Source: Bacteroidales bacterium
Lineage (GTDB): Bacteria; Bacteroidota; Bacteroidia; Bacteroidales; UBA932
Direction: 5' to 3'
DNA: 64,000 bases
Assembly: GCA_017428945.1 (NCBI GenBank)
Contig: JAFRPW010000027.1
Span: forward strand, 7,202 to 71,201
Under the pieces are notes generated by a model. It was given only the letters and a program-made list of their open reading frames with translations, did not search any database and had not been told where the DNA came from. Positions 1 through 10,053 of the stretch are shown piece by piece. The translations under genes were made by a program, and so were the position numbers. Numbering within the stretch: position 1 is the stretch's first letter; each line of letters opens with the position of its first letter.

Positions 1-162
1 AAACTGTCCGCTGTTGGATTGAAGGGAATTGGTGATTCCGTTTCCTGTTCCAAGGAGGCATATAAGGAGAAAGATTCCCCAGCTCACCGCAAAGCCGGTA
101 AGCGCGGTCCGCAGCTTGTTGTTGCGGATAGAGTTGTATATTTCTCCAAAGAGGTCTCTCAT
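1..162 (-). CDS. ABC transporter permease (MacB/FtsX-like), 5' part only, runs off the window edge
   Basis: My translation from the ATG at 162 is [42 protein letters not shown], a typical MacB-type permease N-terminus. It directly follows the ATPase gene and is absent from the ORF track. Confidence 0.8.
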   Translation of the reverse strand, partial: MRDLFGEIYNSIRNNKLRTALTGFAVSWGIFLLICLLGTGNGITNSLQSNSGQF

Positions 163-164
163 GG

Positions 165-890
165 CTACTTGATAAGTGCGGAATCCCAGTTGTCGTGCCT
201 TACATTCTCTTCTATCTGCCCGATGACGCCGTCGCGGATATGGATTATCTTATCGGCCTGGTTGGCCACGCCGCTCTCGTGCGTTACCACTATTATAGTC
301 ATGCCGTCCTCCTTGTTGAGCTTTGTGAGGAGGTTCATCACCTCTACGCTGGTCTTGGAGTCAAGGGCGCCGGTAGGTTCATCGGCAAGGATGATGCGGG
401 GACTGGTGATGAGGGCGCGGGCAATGGCCACACGCTGCTTCTGGCCACCGGACATCTCGTTTGGGAAATGGCCTGCCCAGTCCGTGAGGCCCATCTTGTC
501 AAGGTATTCCATAGCAAGCTGGCGGCGCTTGTGACGGCTCATGCCCTGGTAATAGAGCGGGAGCTCCACATTCTCTACAGCCGTTTTGAAACTGATGAGG
601 TTAAAGCTTTGGAAGATGAAACCGATCATTCGGTTGCGGTAAGCCGCCGCCTGCTTCTCACTAAGATCCTTAATGAGCGTACCGTCAAGATGATAAGTGC
701 CAGTATCATAGTTGTCAAGAATGCCAAGAATGTTCAAAAGCGTGGATTTCCCGCTTCCGGACGCCCCCATGATGGAAACGAATTCTCCTTTCTCTATGTC
801 CAGGTTAATCCCCTTGAGGACATGAAGCGGCTGTGCTCCCTGGTAGGTTTTGTTTACGTCTTTGAGCTCTATGAGCGCCATATTATTCAC
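165..890 (-). CDS. ABC transporter ATP-binding protein (LolD/MacB ATPase family)
   Basis: Walker A GASGSGKS, signature [15 protein letters not shown], Walker [10 protein letters not shown]-loop VVTHE. TATCTTTG -7 box on the minus strand at 914-921. Confidence 0.95.
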   Translation of the reverse strand: MNNMALIELKDVNKTYQGAQPLHVLKGINLDIEKGEFVSIMGASGSGKSTLLNILGILDNYDTGTYHLDGTLIKDLSEKQAAAYRNRMIGFIFQSFNLISFKTAVENVELPLYYQGMSRHKRRQLAMEYLDKMGLTDWAGHFPNEMSGGQKQRVAIARALITSPRIILADEPTGALDSKTSVEVMNLLTKLNKEDGMTIIVVTHESGVANQADKIIHIRDGVIGQIEENVRHDNWDSALIK

Positions 891-1135
891 TGTATTAGTA
901 TCCTATTACACTGCAAAGATATAACGGATTTTTCTTTCCTCCAAATCTTTTTTAAATTTTTTGCAAGATTCTTGCCGCGTACTCTATTAATGACGAACTT
1001 CTTCCAATAATGTTAACACAGCACCGCCACGGCAGCAATTTCAGGCATTTTTGCTACCTTGGCAGTGCTATTAGTGGCCCGCCGGCCGCTATTTTGGCCC
1101 TTTTCGTAGCCCTCGCGTGACACGCTTGCACCCGC

Positions 1136-1224
1136 GGCCACGTTTTCCCGCGTTTCCGTGGCCTGGGGTGACGTGCCGGTCATGCGAGGCCACGTTTTCC
1201 CGCGTTTCCGTGGCCTGGGGTGAC
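1136..1224. repeat. Two 37-bp direct repeats (1136-1172, 1188-1224), each with a GGCCAC-N16-GTGGCC hairpin; diverged member of REP family A
   Basis: ggccacgttttcccgcgtttccgtggcctggggtgac occurs twice with a 52-bp period. Arm spacing and the tttccgtgg 3' end match family A. Confidence 0.8.
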
Positions 1225-1234
1225 AAGGGCTATG

Positions 1235-2563
1235 CTAGCTGTTGGGTTTGTCAAGACACAGCTCCGGATGTTTGCGGGAGATGCCGGCAAAGACCAGGGC
1301 AGTGACAAGGGCGGCGACGCAGAGCAGCACGAACATGAGTTCCACGGACACGGGTCCGGAGCTTTCAGACTTGCCAAGAATGACGCCGGCAACCCACTTG
1401 AAGCTCATGAGACCGAGGTTCTGCACCCAATAAATCAAGGCGAACGTGGTTCCCAGCACCTTGTCCGGGACAATTTTGGGGACCGATGGCCACAGTGCTG
1501 CGGGCACCAGAGAGTAGCCAAAGCCAAGGAACACCATGGCAAGGTATCCCCAGAAAGGAACGCCCTGTGGCGCAAAAGCCAAAAGCAGATGCGCAACCAG
1601 TGCCAGGATTGCGCCGATGACCATCCACCGTGTTCCACGGCCGGCCTTGTCCACAAGCATGCCGAACAGCGGTGCAAAGATTACCGTGGAGAACGGCAGC
1701 ATGGAAACCATCCAGCCTGCTGCCTGGGCGGGAATGTCAAAGCGTGGTATCAGAATAGCCCCCGCAAACTTCTTGAAAGCTATGATGCTGCTGTAAAACA
1801 GCACGCACAGAAGCCCCAGGAGCCAGAAATTGCGGTTCCCCAGCACGCCAAGGACGTCCTTGAAGCGGAAAGCATCGCTGTCAGCTTCGGAGGCAGCGGC
1901 TGTTTCTGGAGCTTCTGCCTTAGCGTCAATTGCCACAAAAACGCCCCACAGGATGAGCCCCAGGGCCATGAGGGCCATGCCGACCATGGCGGGACGGGCG
2001 GTTGATGCCAAAGAATACACGTGGCCGTCAAGCTGCTGCACAAGGCGGGGGCTCAGCACCAGGGCGAAGGCGGTGCCAAGACGGGCGATGGCAAGCTGGA
2101 GGCCCATTGCAAGGGCCATGGGGCCGCCGCGGAACCATTTGGCAATGCTCCGCGTCACGGCAGTGCCTGCAATCTCGGATCCCAGGCCAAAGAGCATCAC
2201 ACCCACATAGGCCACAGTAAGGGCCGATGACCCGCCACGAAGAAGTGCAACGGTCACAAGGCCGGCGCCAAGCACCATCATGCCCACAAACAGGGAGCCG
2301 CTCACGCGCACACCCCACTTGTCCAGCAGTATGCCACCAATCACCAGGCCGCCGAACACGCACAGCACGCTGTAGCCGCTTGCATATAGTCCATAACCGG
2401 CCGAATCCCACCCCAGAGCCGTAAGTGACGGGTTCTCAAAGAGGTAAGATATGCTGGAGAACATGTCGTCAAAGTAGTACGATGCGAACATCGGCACTAC
2501 TAAACAAGCAAGCGCGGCCCACGGGAGCCACGCATGCTTTTTCTTAGCGGTATTTGCTACCAT
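1235..2563 (-). CDS. MFS transporter (12-TM, MFSD1-like)
   Basis: Hydrophobic helices, motif GGILLDKWGVR, WFRGGPMALAMG. Paralog of the upstream MFS gene. Confidence 0.85.
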   Translation of the reverse strand: MVANTAKKKHAWLPWAALACLVVPMFASYYFDDMFSSISYLFENPSLTALGWDSAGYGLYASGYSVLCVFGGLVIGGILLDKWGVRVSGSLFVGMMVLGAGLVTVALLRGGSSALTVAYVGVMLFGLGSEIAGTAVTRSIAKWFRGGPMALAMGLQLAIARLGTAFALVLSPRLVQQLDGHVYSLASTARPAMVGMALMALGLILWGVFVAIDAKAEAPETAAASEADSDAFRFKDVLGVLGNRNFWLLGLLCVLFYSSIIAFKKFAGAILIPRFDIPAQAAGWMVSMLPFSTVIFAPLFGMLVDKAGRGTRWMVIGAILALVAHLLLAFAPQGVPFWGYLAMVFLGFGYSLVPAALWPSVPKIVPDKVLGTTFALIYWVQNLGLMSFKWVAGVILGKSESSGPVSVELMFVLLCVAALVTALVFAGISRKHPELCLDKPNS

Positions 2564-2565
2564 TA

Positions 2566-4191
2566 TCAGTCTTCTTTAATGTTGGGGAGTTCCAGGCCAA
2601 GGCCTTTCTTGCGGTCTACCACCTTGAGCACCAGGCCAAGGATAAGGGCGGCCACGCCAAGGCAGGCAAGCATCACCAGCGGGGCGGTGTAGTTGAACTG
2701 GGTAGGATCAGTTACGCCGGGGTTGGTCTTGTCCAGAACCTTGCCGATGAGAAGAGGGAAGAGCCACAGGCCGATATTCTGAATCCAGAAAATGAGCGCG
2801 TATGCACTGCCGATAACCTTTGCATCCACCAGCTTGGGAACTGAAGGCCACAGCGATGCGGGAACCAGCGAGAAGCTTGCACCCAGCACCAGGATAGTCA
2901 CGTATGCGACGATGGCTCCGCCGATGGCATTACCCTTGAATGCAGGAAGCACGAACGCGAAGGTAAGGTGGCATGCAATGAGCAGGATTGCGCCCAGCAC
3001 AAGCATGGAAGCGCCTTTACCCTTCCTGTCCAGATAATTGCCCAGGATGGGGGTGATGAGGACGGCCAGCAGCGGGAACACCGCAAAGATGGACTCCGCA
3101 CTCTGGCGCATGTAACCCATATAGCAGTAAGCAATCAGGGCCACGATGGAAATAGCCAGGAAAATATACTGGCGGGACTTCACCTTCTGGAAATTGCTGA
3201 TGAATCCGGCGGCGGCCACAACCAGCATTATCACATACTGGACGATGGTTACGCTGGACCCGGCCCAGAAGGAGTCTGCGGCAGGCGCAGTGAGCGTAAG
3301 GTTGCACTGGAGCATGTTCACGGCATACTTCTGGAACGGGAAAATTGCGCTGTAGTAAAGCACGCACAGAAGGGCCACAATCCAGAAACCGCCGTCGGAA
3401 AGGATCTTGCCGATGTCGGAGACCTTGAAGGGATCGTCCTTCTCCTCTGCCTCTCCGGTCTGGGCGTCCAGCTTCTTGTCCATGAAGAAGTAGACGATGC
3501 ACATGATGAGGGCGATGCACATGAGGACTACGCCGAAGGCAACGCTGCGGGACACCTCAACGTGACCGCCAAGCTTTGCGAAATAGGGGCTGAAGATCAT
3601 GCAGGTGGCGACGCCAAGGCGGGCAAGGGCCATCTCGGAACCCATTGCCAGGGCCATTTCCCTGCCCTTGAACCACTTGACGATACCGCGGCTCACGGTG
3701 ATGCCGGCCATCTCACAGCCGCATCCGAAGATCATGAAGCCGCAGGCGGCGAATTTTGCCGATGCGGGCATGCCCCGGTAGAACGGAGACACTCCAAGCT
3801 CGTCGAACAGCGGTATATAATTGAGGTTGTTTGTGAACCATGCCTCAAGGCTGCTTCCCATGAAAGCAGGACTAACGGCATACCATTTAATAACGGCACC
3901 CACCAGCATCACGCTTGCGGAAAGGACAGCCGTGAAGCGCACTCCCATCTTGTCCAGGATGATACCTGCAAAGATGAGGAAGAACACAAACACGTTCAGG
4001 AACACTTCCGAGCCCTGCATTGTTCCGAATGCCGTGGAATCCCAGCCGCGGGTCTCCTGCATCAGGTCCTTGATGGGGGACAGGATGTCCATGAATATGT
4101 AGGAGCAGAACATGGCCAGGGCAAGCAGCAGAAGTGCCGTCCAGCGCATTGCAGCCGAGTCACGAAGGGTTTTCTTAACAGTATCTGACAT
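2566..4191 (-). CDS. MFS transporter (MFSD1-like)
   Basis: AGIILDKMGVR motif A, KWFKGREMALAMG, ASLWPSVPKLV; many TM segments. Confidence 0.88.
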   Translation of the reverse strand: MSDTVKKTLRDSAAMRWTALLLLALAMFCSYIFMDILSPIKDLMQETRGWDSTAFGTMQGSEVFLNVFVFFLIFAGIILDKMGVRFTAVLSASVMLVGAVIKWYAVSPAFMGSSLEAWFTNNLNYIPLFDELGVSPFYRGMPASAKFAACGFMIFGCGCEMAGITVSRGIVKWFKGREMALAMGSEMALARLGVATCMIFSPYFAKLGGHVEVSRSVAFGVVLMCIALIMCIVYFFMDKKLDAQTGEAEEKDDPFKVSDIGKILSDGGFWIVALLCVLYYSAIFPFQKYAVNMLQCNLTLTAPAADSFWAGSSVTIVQYVIMLVVAAAGFISNFQKVKSRQYIFLAISIVALIAYCYMGYMRQSAESIFAVFPLLAVLITPILGNYLDRKGKGASMLVLGAILLIACHLTFAFVLPAFKGNAIGGAIVAYVTILVLGASFSLVPASLWPSVPKLVDAKVIGSAYALIFWIQNIGLWLFPLLIGKVLDKTNPGVTDPTQFNYTAPLVMLACLGVAALILGLVLKVVDRKKGLGLELPNIKED

Positions 4192-4239
4192 TTTTCAATA
4201 AGTTTTGAGCTGCTAAGTTAATAATAATTTTTAATATTA

Positions 4240-5865
4240 CTATTTCATATAACTGTACCTGTAGTCCGTGGGGCTCACAAGGGTTTCCTTGATCACTCTG
4301 GGGATGACCCAGCGGATGAGGTTGAACTCTCCGCCGGCCTTGTCGTTGGTGCCGGATGCACGGGCGCCGCCGAAGGGCTGCATGCCAACCACGGCTCCGG
4401 TGGGCTTGTCGTTGATATAGAAGTTGCCGGCGGCATAACGGAGGCCGTGGGCAATCTTCTCCACGGCAAGGCGGTCACGGCCGAACACCGCGCCTGTGAG
4501 GCCGTAAGGAGAAGTTTCGTCGCAGAGCTTAACGGCTTCGTCCACCTTGTCATCGTCATAAGGATAAACGGTGAGGACGGGGCCGAAGATCTCCTCTTCC
4601 ATGCTCTTGAAATGAGGGTCCGCGGTCTCTATGATGGTGGGTTCAACGAAGTAGCCAACGCTCTTGTCCCTCTTGCCGCCCATCACGATCTTTGCGTCCG
4701 GGGACTGCTCCGCGTAAGTGAGATAGCCGTCGATGTTGTTCCAGGAGGCCTCGTCGATTACGGCGTTGATGAAGTTGGAGTGGTCCATGACGCCTCCCAT
4801 CTTCACCTCGGATGCATACTGCTTCATGATGCCCAGCACTTCCGGCCACAGGCTCCTGGGAACGTACATGCGGGATGCGGCAGAGCACTTCTGGCCCTGG
4901 AACTCGTATGCTCCGCAGAAGGCGGCGGTGGCGACGGCTTTTGCATCGGCAGAAGGATGGACGAAGATGAAGTCCTTGCCGCCGGTCTCTCCCACCAGAC
5001 GGGGATAGCTCACATACTTGCCCAGGTTCTCCCCTGCCTGCCTCCAGAGGCTGTTGAAAGTGCCGGTGGAGCCGGTGAAATGGATGCCGCTGAACCACTT
5101 GGACTCAGTTGCGATCTTGCCGATGAGGGCTCCGCTGCCGGGCAGGAAGTTGATGACTCCGTCCGGAAGACCGGCCTCCTTGTACAGCTGCATGAGGTAA
5201 TAATTGCTTAGCGTAGAAGTGGTTGACGGCTTCCAGAGGGCAACGTTACCCATGAGGACGGGAGTCATGCAGAGGTTGGAGGCGATGGAAGTGAAGTTGA
5301 ACGGGGTCACTGCCAGCACGAAGCCTTCCAGCGGGCGGAACTCCGTATTGTTGATGTTTCCGGCGCCGTTCTTGGGCTGCATGTTATAGATCTTGGAGGC
5401 GTAGTGGACGTTGTAGCGGAAGAAGTCTATGGTCTCGCAGGCGCTGTCTATCTCTGCCTGGTAGATGTTCTTGCTCTGGCCCAGCATGCAGGCAGCGTTC
5501 ATGATGGGACGATATTTTGTGGCCAGCAGCTCCGCCATCTTCATGACTATGGCAGCGCGGGTTGTCCAGGGGGTCTCGCTCCAGATCTTGTGGGCCTCCA
5601 TGGCTGCGTCGATAGCCATCCGGACCTCTTTTTCGCCAACCTTATGGAAAGTTGCCAGTACGTGGCCGTGCTCGTGGGGGCACACCACCTTGCCGGTGTT
5701 CCCGGTGCGGATTTCCTTTCCGCCGATGATGATGGGGATATCCAGAACGGTGTTATACTGACGTTTGAGTTCTGCGTCCAGGGCTATGCGCTCCGGAGAA
5801 CCTTCCAGATAGGATTTCACCGGCTCGTTGGCGGGCACGGGAAAATTGATGATGGCATTGTTCAT
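4240..5865 (-). CDS. pruA: L-glutamate gamma-semialdehyde (P5C) dehydrogenase
   Basis: ALDH motifs PFNF, GETGGKDF, FQGQKCSAASR, EEIFGP, QPFGGARASGTNDKAG. Start reassigned to MNNAIINFP (5865). Confidence 0.92.
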   Translation of the reverse strand: MNNAIINFPVPANEPVKSYLEGSPERIALDAELKRQYNTVLDIPIIIGGKEIRTGNTGKVVCPHEHGHVLATFHKVGEKEVRMAIDAAMEAHKIWSETPWTTRAAIVMKMAELLATKYRPIMNAACMLGQSKNIYQAEIDSACETIDFFRYNVHYASKIYNMQPKNGAGNINNTEFRPLEGFVLAVTPFNFTSIASNLCMTPVLMGNVALWKPSTTSTLSNYYLMQLYKEAGLPDGVINFLPGSGALIGKIATESKWFSGIHFTGSTGTFNSLWRQAGENLGKYVSYPRLVGETGGKDFIFVHPSADAKAVATAAFCGAYEFQGQKCSAASRMYVPRSLWPEVLGIMKQYASEVKMGGVMDHSNFINAVIDEASWNNIDGYLTYAEQSPDAKIVMGGKRDKSVGYFVEPTIIETADPHFKSMEEEIFGPVLTVYPYDDDKVDEAVKLCDETSPYGLTGAVFGRDRLAVEKIAHGLRYAAGNFYINDKPTGAVVGMQPFGGARASGTNDKAGGEFNLIRWVIPRVIKETLVSPTDYRYSYMK

Positions 5866-5972
5866 AGTTATAGTGTTAATTTTTGTGGTTTTTGTCCTTG
5901 CGGGTTTCAAAGTTAACAAAAAAACGCGTGATAACCTATATTTTTTGACTACCTTTGCGAAAACGCTTAAAG

Positions 5973-6938
5973 ATGATTTCCGATACCCTTATAGATTCCG
6001 CTGTAAGACAGCTCTTTGAAGGAATCAAGTTCCAGGACCAGCCCGCCGGCCTGTACGATCCCCTGCGCTACATGATAGCCATCGGCGGAAAACGCATCCG
6101 TCCCCGCCTGTGCCTCACAACCTACGGCATCTGGGCCGATGAGTTTGGCCCCCACATCCTGGAGCCGGCCGCCGCCCTGGAGGTCTTCCATACCTTCACC
6201 CTCATCCACGACGACATCATGGACCGCAGTCCCCTCAGGCGCGGAAATCCAACGGTGTGGAAAAAGTGGAACGAGGACACCGCCATCCTCAGCGGCGACG
6301 TCATGTTCATAGACTCCTACCGCCGCATTGCCCAGGCCCCTGCAGCCATGCTGCCCCAGGTCCTGTCCCTGTTCTCAAAGACCGCCAGCGAGGTCTGCGA
6401 CGGCCAGCAGCTGGACATGGACTTCGAGAAAAGAGACAGCGTATCCATGAATGAGTACATGGAGATGATCGGCCTCAAGACCGGCGTCCTCATTGCCTGC
6501 GCAGCGCAGCTTGGCGCCATGATAGGCGGTGCCGATGAAAAGAGCCAGGAGTGCCTGTACCAGTACGGCTACCAGCTTGGCCTTGCCTTCCAGGTTGCCG
6601 ACGACTATCTGGACGCGTACGGGGACCAGAAGGTCTTCGGCAAGCCCATCGGCGGGGACATCCTCAACTGCAAGAAGTCCTGGCTCACGGTAAAGGCATA
6701 TGAAAAAGGTGCCACGGAGATAGTGGAGGCCCTGAACGACACCGACCTCGCCCCGGAGAAAAAGATCGCCCGCGTGATGGACATCTACCGTGCCGCAGGG
6801 GTTGCCGATGAGGCAAGGAAGGCAATATCGGACCTCAGCGCCGGCGCCATTACCAAGGGGTCGGACGCCGCCATGGACACGGATGGCAAGGAAGCCCTGA
6901 AACGTTTTGCAGACTCACTCGTCGGCCGCACCGTATAA
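5973..6938 (+). CDS. Polyprenyl diphosphate synthase (IspA/GGPP synthase family)
   Basis: GGKRIRP, FARM LIHDDIMDRSPLRRG, SARM FQVADDYLD. -7 box TACCTTTG at 5950-5957 supports a start at 5973. Confidence 0.93.
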   Translation: MISDTLIDSAVRQLFEGIKFQDQPAGLYDPLRYMIAIGGKRIRPRLCLTTYGIWADEFGPHILEPAAALEVFHTFTLIHDDIMDRSPLRRGNPTVWKKWNEDTAILSGDVMFIDSYRRIAQAPAAMLPQVLSLFSKTASEVCDGQQLDMDFEKRDSVSMNEYMEMIGLKTGVLIACAAQLGAMIGGADEKSQECLYQYGYQLGLAFQVADDYLDAYGDQKVFGKPIGGDILNCKKSWLTVKAYEKGATEIVEALNDTDLAPEKKIARVMDIYRAAGVADEARKAISDLSAGAITKGSDAAMDTDGKEALKRFADSLVGRTV

Positions 6939-8230
6939 TGGACAGGAAAGAACTTGAAATAATGGCCCCTGCGGGCAGTTTCGACTGCCTGCTTGCCGCA
7001 ATACAGGGCGGAGCGGACTCAGTCTACTTTGGCATAGGCCACCTCAACATGCGGTCGCACTCGGCAAACAACTTTGCCCGCGAAGACCTGCCGGAGATAA
7101 TCCGTATATGCCGCGCATACGGCGTAAAGGCGTACATGACGCTCAACATCACCCTGTACGCAGAGGACCTCCAGGCCGCATACGACACCCTTGACGCCGC
7201 CAAGGCCGCCGGGGTTGACGCCATCATCGCAACGGACATGGCCGCAATCCTCTACTGCCGAAGGATTGGCCTGGAGGTGCACATCTCCACCCAGCTGAGC
7301 ATTTCCAACATCGAAGCCCTGCGCTTCTACTCCCAGTTTGCCGATGTGGTTGTTCTGGCCCGCGAACTGAACCTGTTCCAGGTAAAGGAAATCCATGAGG
7401 CAATACTGCGTGAAGGCATTGTGGGCCCCGCCGGAAAGCCCGTGCGCATAGAGATGTTCGCACACGGAGCGTTCTGCATGGCCGTTTCCGGGAAGTGCTA
7501 CCTGTCGCTGGCTGCGTGGGGAGCTTCCGCCAACCGTGGCGCCTGCCTGCAGGTTTGCCGCCGCGGCTATCTGGTCACGGATTACGAGACCGGCAACGAG
7601 ATCCATATAGACAACAAATACCTCATGTCCCCCAAGGACCTCTGCACCATAGAATTCATGGACAAGTTCGTGGAGGCCGGCGTGAAGGTTTTCAAGATAG
7701 AGGGCCGCGCCCGCAGCGCAGAGTACGTGAGGCGTGCCGTGGAATGCTACCGCGCCGCAGCTGACGCCGTAGCGGACGGCACATACAGCCAGGAAAAGGC
7801 CATTGAGTGGAAGTCCCGGCTGGCTGAGGTCTTCAACCGAGGCTTCTGGGACGGCTACTACCTTGGTGCCAAAATGGGCGAATGGAGCTCCATCTACGGC
7901 TCCCAGGCCACAAAACGCAAGGTTTTCGTTGGCAAGGTCACCAACTGGTTCAGCCGCCTTGGCGTTGCGGAAATCGAAGTCCAGGCCACGGAACTCCGGA
8001 GGGGCGACGAACTCATGTTCATCGGCAATTCTACCGGAATAGTCCAGATAACCGTGGACGATTTACGCGTAGACTACAACCCTGCCGACGTCTGCCCCCA
8101 GGGACAGCGCTGCTCGGTTGCCGTTCCGCTTGACTCCATGCCCGTAGACCACGCCAACCAAAGCCCGGACATGGCTCCCGGCGAGCGTTTCCACCCCCGC
8201 CGCGGCGACAAAGTCTACATCTGGCGCTAG
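6938..8230 (+). CDS. U32 family protein (TrhP/collagenase-like, Fe-S-dependent RNA hydroxylation family)
   Basis: MAPAGS, HGAFCMAVSGKCYLS, NRGACLQVCRR, FKIEGRAR. Confidence 0.88.
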   Translation: MDRKELEIMAPAGSFDCLLAAIQGGADSVYFGIGHLNMRSHSANNFAREDLPEIIRICRAYGVKAYMTLNITLYAEDLQAAYDTLDAAKAAGVDAIIATDMAAILYCRRIGLEVHISTQLSISNIEALRFYSQFADVVVLARELNLFQVKEIHEAILREGIVGPAGKPVRIEMFAHGAFCMAVSGKCYLSLAAWGASANRGACLQVCRRGYLVTDYETGNEIHIDNKYLMSPKDLCTIEFMDKFVEAGVKVFKIEGRARSAEYVRRAVECYRAAADAVADGTYSQEKAIEWKSRLAEVFNRGFWDGYYLGAKMGEWSSIYGSQATKRKVFVGKVTNWFSRLGVAEIEVQATELRRGDELMFIGNSTGIVQITVDDLRVDYNPADVCPQGQRCSVAVPLDSMPVDHANQSPDMAPGERFHPRRGDKVYIWR

Positions 8231-9366
8231 ATAAGGGAGATCAGCAAATACGTGAAGTGCGCTATGACACCGGCGCAGAGACCGGCTATAGCATGGGAGC
8301 CGAGGGCCTTGGAGATGACCTTGCGGTAGCCCATGGAGTCCAGCATGGCGGTGTGGGTGGAGAGGAAACCGCTCCAGCACATGCCTATGGCAGTGAATAC
8401 CGCAATGGCATTGCCGTCAAGGATGCCGGCTGCATTGAACGTGGGAAGAAGGCCAAGGGCTGCTCCCACTGCGCCAAGGGCTGTCATGGGGAAGGCGATG
8501 AGCTCCATGTGCTCGAAGCCGAAGAGCCACTCAAACACCCAATGTACTTTCTGTGCCAGCCAGGGCAGGACCGGAACGCCCTGCGAGGCGCCGCCGTCGT
8601 AAATGCCGTCAGGACCCGCGCCGAAGGTGAGCATGATGACGGCCGTGGTTATGATAAGAACGCCGGGGATAATCTGAAGGCCAAGTTCCACGCCGTTCTT
8701 TCCGCCGTCCAGGAGGGCGTTGAGGAAACGCATGAAGATGCTCTTGTCGCTGCTCTCTTCAGGAAACTCCATGGTACCTTCTTCCTGGACGTGGTCCAGT
8801 ACGGGGGAATCAAGCTCCGGATATGCCTTGAGGCACCTTTTCTGCATGAGGCGCGTAGAGATTATGGAACCGCAGAAAGCTCCGAAAAGCCCTACCAGCG
8901 CACCTGTTATCTGCACATAACCGACCATGGTTATTATTACCACGAATCCCATTCCGAATGCCGTTCCAAAATTGCACAGGGATATCAGCTGGTACTTCTT
9001 GAAGTAGGAGCTGAAACGTCTGTCCTTGGACAGTGAAATAATGGCCGGGTTGTCTGACAGGAAGGTCATCACCCCTCCGAGGGCAGCTACGCCCGGAAGG
9101 TTGTAAAGGGGCTTCATGAGAGGCCTCAGCAGCTTTCCAAGCACCGTAACCACGCCAAACTCGCTCATGAGTTTGGAAAGGGCGCCGGTAAGCACGGTAA
9201 TGCCCATGAGGTAGAAGACAGTGTTCAGAAGGAGGTCATGGGCTGTGTTCATGATGGTCTTTATCATGTTGGCACCGCCCATGCGTGAACCCAGCAGGGT
9301 GAATATCAGCACCATTACCGCCAGAAGCACAAGGGCCTCTATAGTAGACCTGGAACGTTTTTTCAT
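8227..9366 (-). CDS. Polytopic membrane protein, probable transporter (resembles the CD0519/CD1768-type gate-domain family)
   Basis: Many TM helices. The stretch LMKPLYNLPGVAALG-TFLSDNPAI-YFKKYQL-NFGTAFGMG is recalled from clostridial family members; not verified by search. Confidence 0.55.
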   Translation of the reverse strand: MKKRSRSTIEALVLLAVMVLIFTLLGSRMGGANMIKTIMNTAHDLLLNTVFYLMGITVLTGALSKLMSEFGVVTVLGKLLRPLMKPLYNLPGVAALGGVMTFLSDNPAIISLSKDRRFSSYFKKYQLISLCNFGTAFGMGFVVIITMVGYVQITGALVGLFGAFCGSIISTRLMQKRCLKAYPELDSPVLDHVQEEGTMEFPEESSDKSIFMRFLNALLDGGKNGVELGLQIIPGVLIITTAVIMLTFGAGPDGIYDGGASQGVPVLPWLAQKVHWVFEWLFGFEHMELIAFPMTALGAVGAALGLLPTFNAAGILDGNAIAVFTAIGMCWSGFLSTHTAMLDSMGYRKVISKALGSHAIAGLCAGVIAHFTYLLISLI

Positions 9367-9402
9367 TTTAAGTCAGTGGTTAGCGGGCACAAAGATACAA
9401 CT

Positions 9403-10053
9403 TTATCTGTAAAGTTCTCTCAATACGGCAAGGGATTTTACGCGTATGGGCTGCTCTGTGTGGAACTCCAGATACCGCACCAGGCTCTCTGCCATGGAGT
9501 TTCTTACCGCTCCGCTCAGCGGCAGCAGCATGCTCTCCCCAAAATCCGATGTAAGCATCTGCCTGAGCGCCTGTGCGTTATCCCCGGCAAAGGGAGCCAC
9601 ATCTTCCCACGACGGCCGGAAGCCCAGCGCTCCCGCCAGTTCAAGGAGCCACCTTATATGGAAGTTTGCAAAATCTCCCTCAAGGGCATTCAGCGTAAGG
9701 ATACTGCCGATGCACCACTCGTACAGGCCGTCCTCCAGAACCCCCTCCCGCAGCGTCCGGAAAAGGACCTCGGAAAGGAAAAGGGTCATCGTATTCTTAT
9801 GGATGTTCCCGCGAATCCCCTCCAGCGAGTCCTTGGCCGATATGTTCCTGAGCCCCCAAAGTTCGCTTTTGGGATTTTCCACCACATCGGCCTCCAGTAT
9901 GCTCAGGGGCAGGAAAAGCGAGGCCGATGCCTTTTTCCCGGGACGGACGATGAACCCGCGCCGCCCCATCTCACGGGAAAGCGTGTGAAGCACCAGGGCA
10001 CCTTCGCCAATCTTGGTGGTTCCCAGGACTATGAGCTCAATGCTCCCGTTCAT
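9403..10053 (-). CDS. recO: DNA repair protein RecO
   Basis: N-terminal OB region (LIVLGTTKIGEGALVLHTLSREMGR, FLPLSILE), IHKNTMTLFLSEVLFR, C-terminal LKSLAVLRELY-like end. Start reassigned to MNGSIEL. Confidence 0.85.
   Translation of the reverse strand: MNGSIELIVLGTTKIGEGALVLHTLSREMGRRGFIVRPGKKASASLFLPLSILEADVVENPKSELWGLRNISAKDSLEGIRGNIHKNTMTLFLSEVLFRTLREGVLEDGLYEWCIGSILTLNALEGDFANFHIRWLLELAGALGFRPSWEDVAPFAGDNAQALRQMLTSDFGESMLLPLSGAVRNSMAESLVRYLEFHTEQPIRVKSLAVLRELYR

Noticed and set aside
2968-4188. Long antisense ORFs opposite real genes (e.g. 2968-4188, 12507-13709, 15762-17405, 52325-53557, 57201-58703)
   Set aside because: Shadow frames expected from GC-rich codon bias; they have no recognisable motifs and fully overlap well-supported genes.
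6938-8230. Two U32 proteins in the window (also 60430-62217) as a special system
   Set aside because: They are unlinked; a short plus a long U32 paralog is common.
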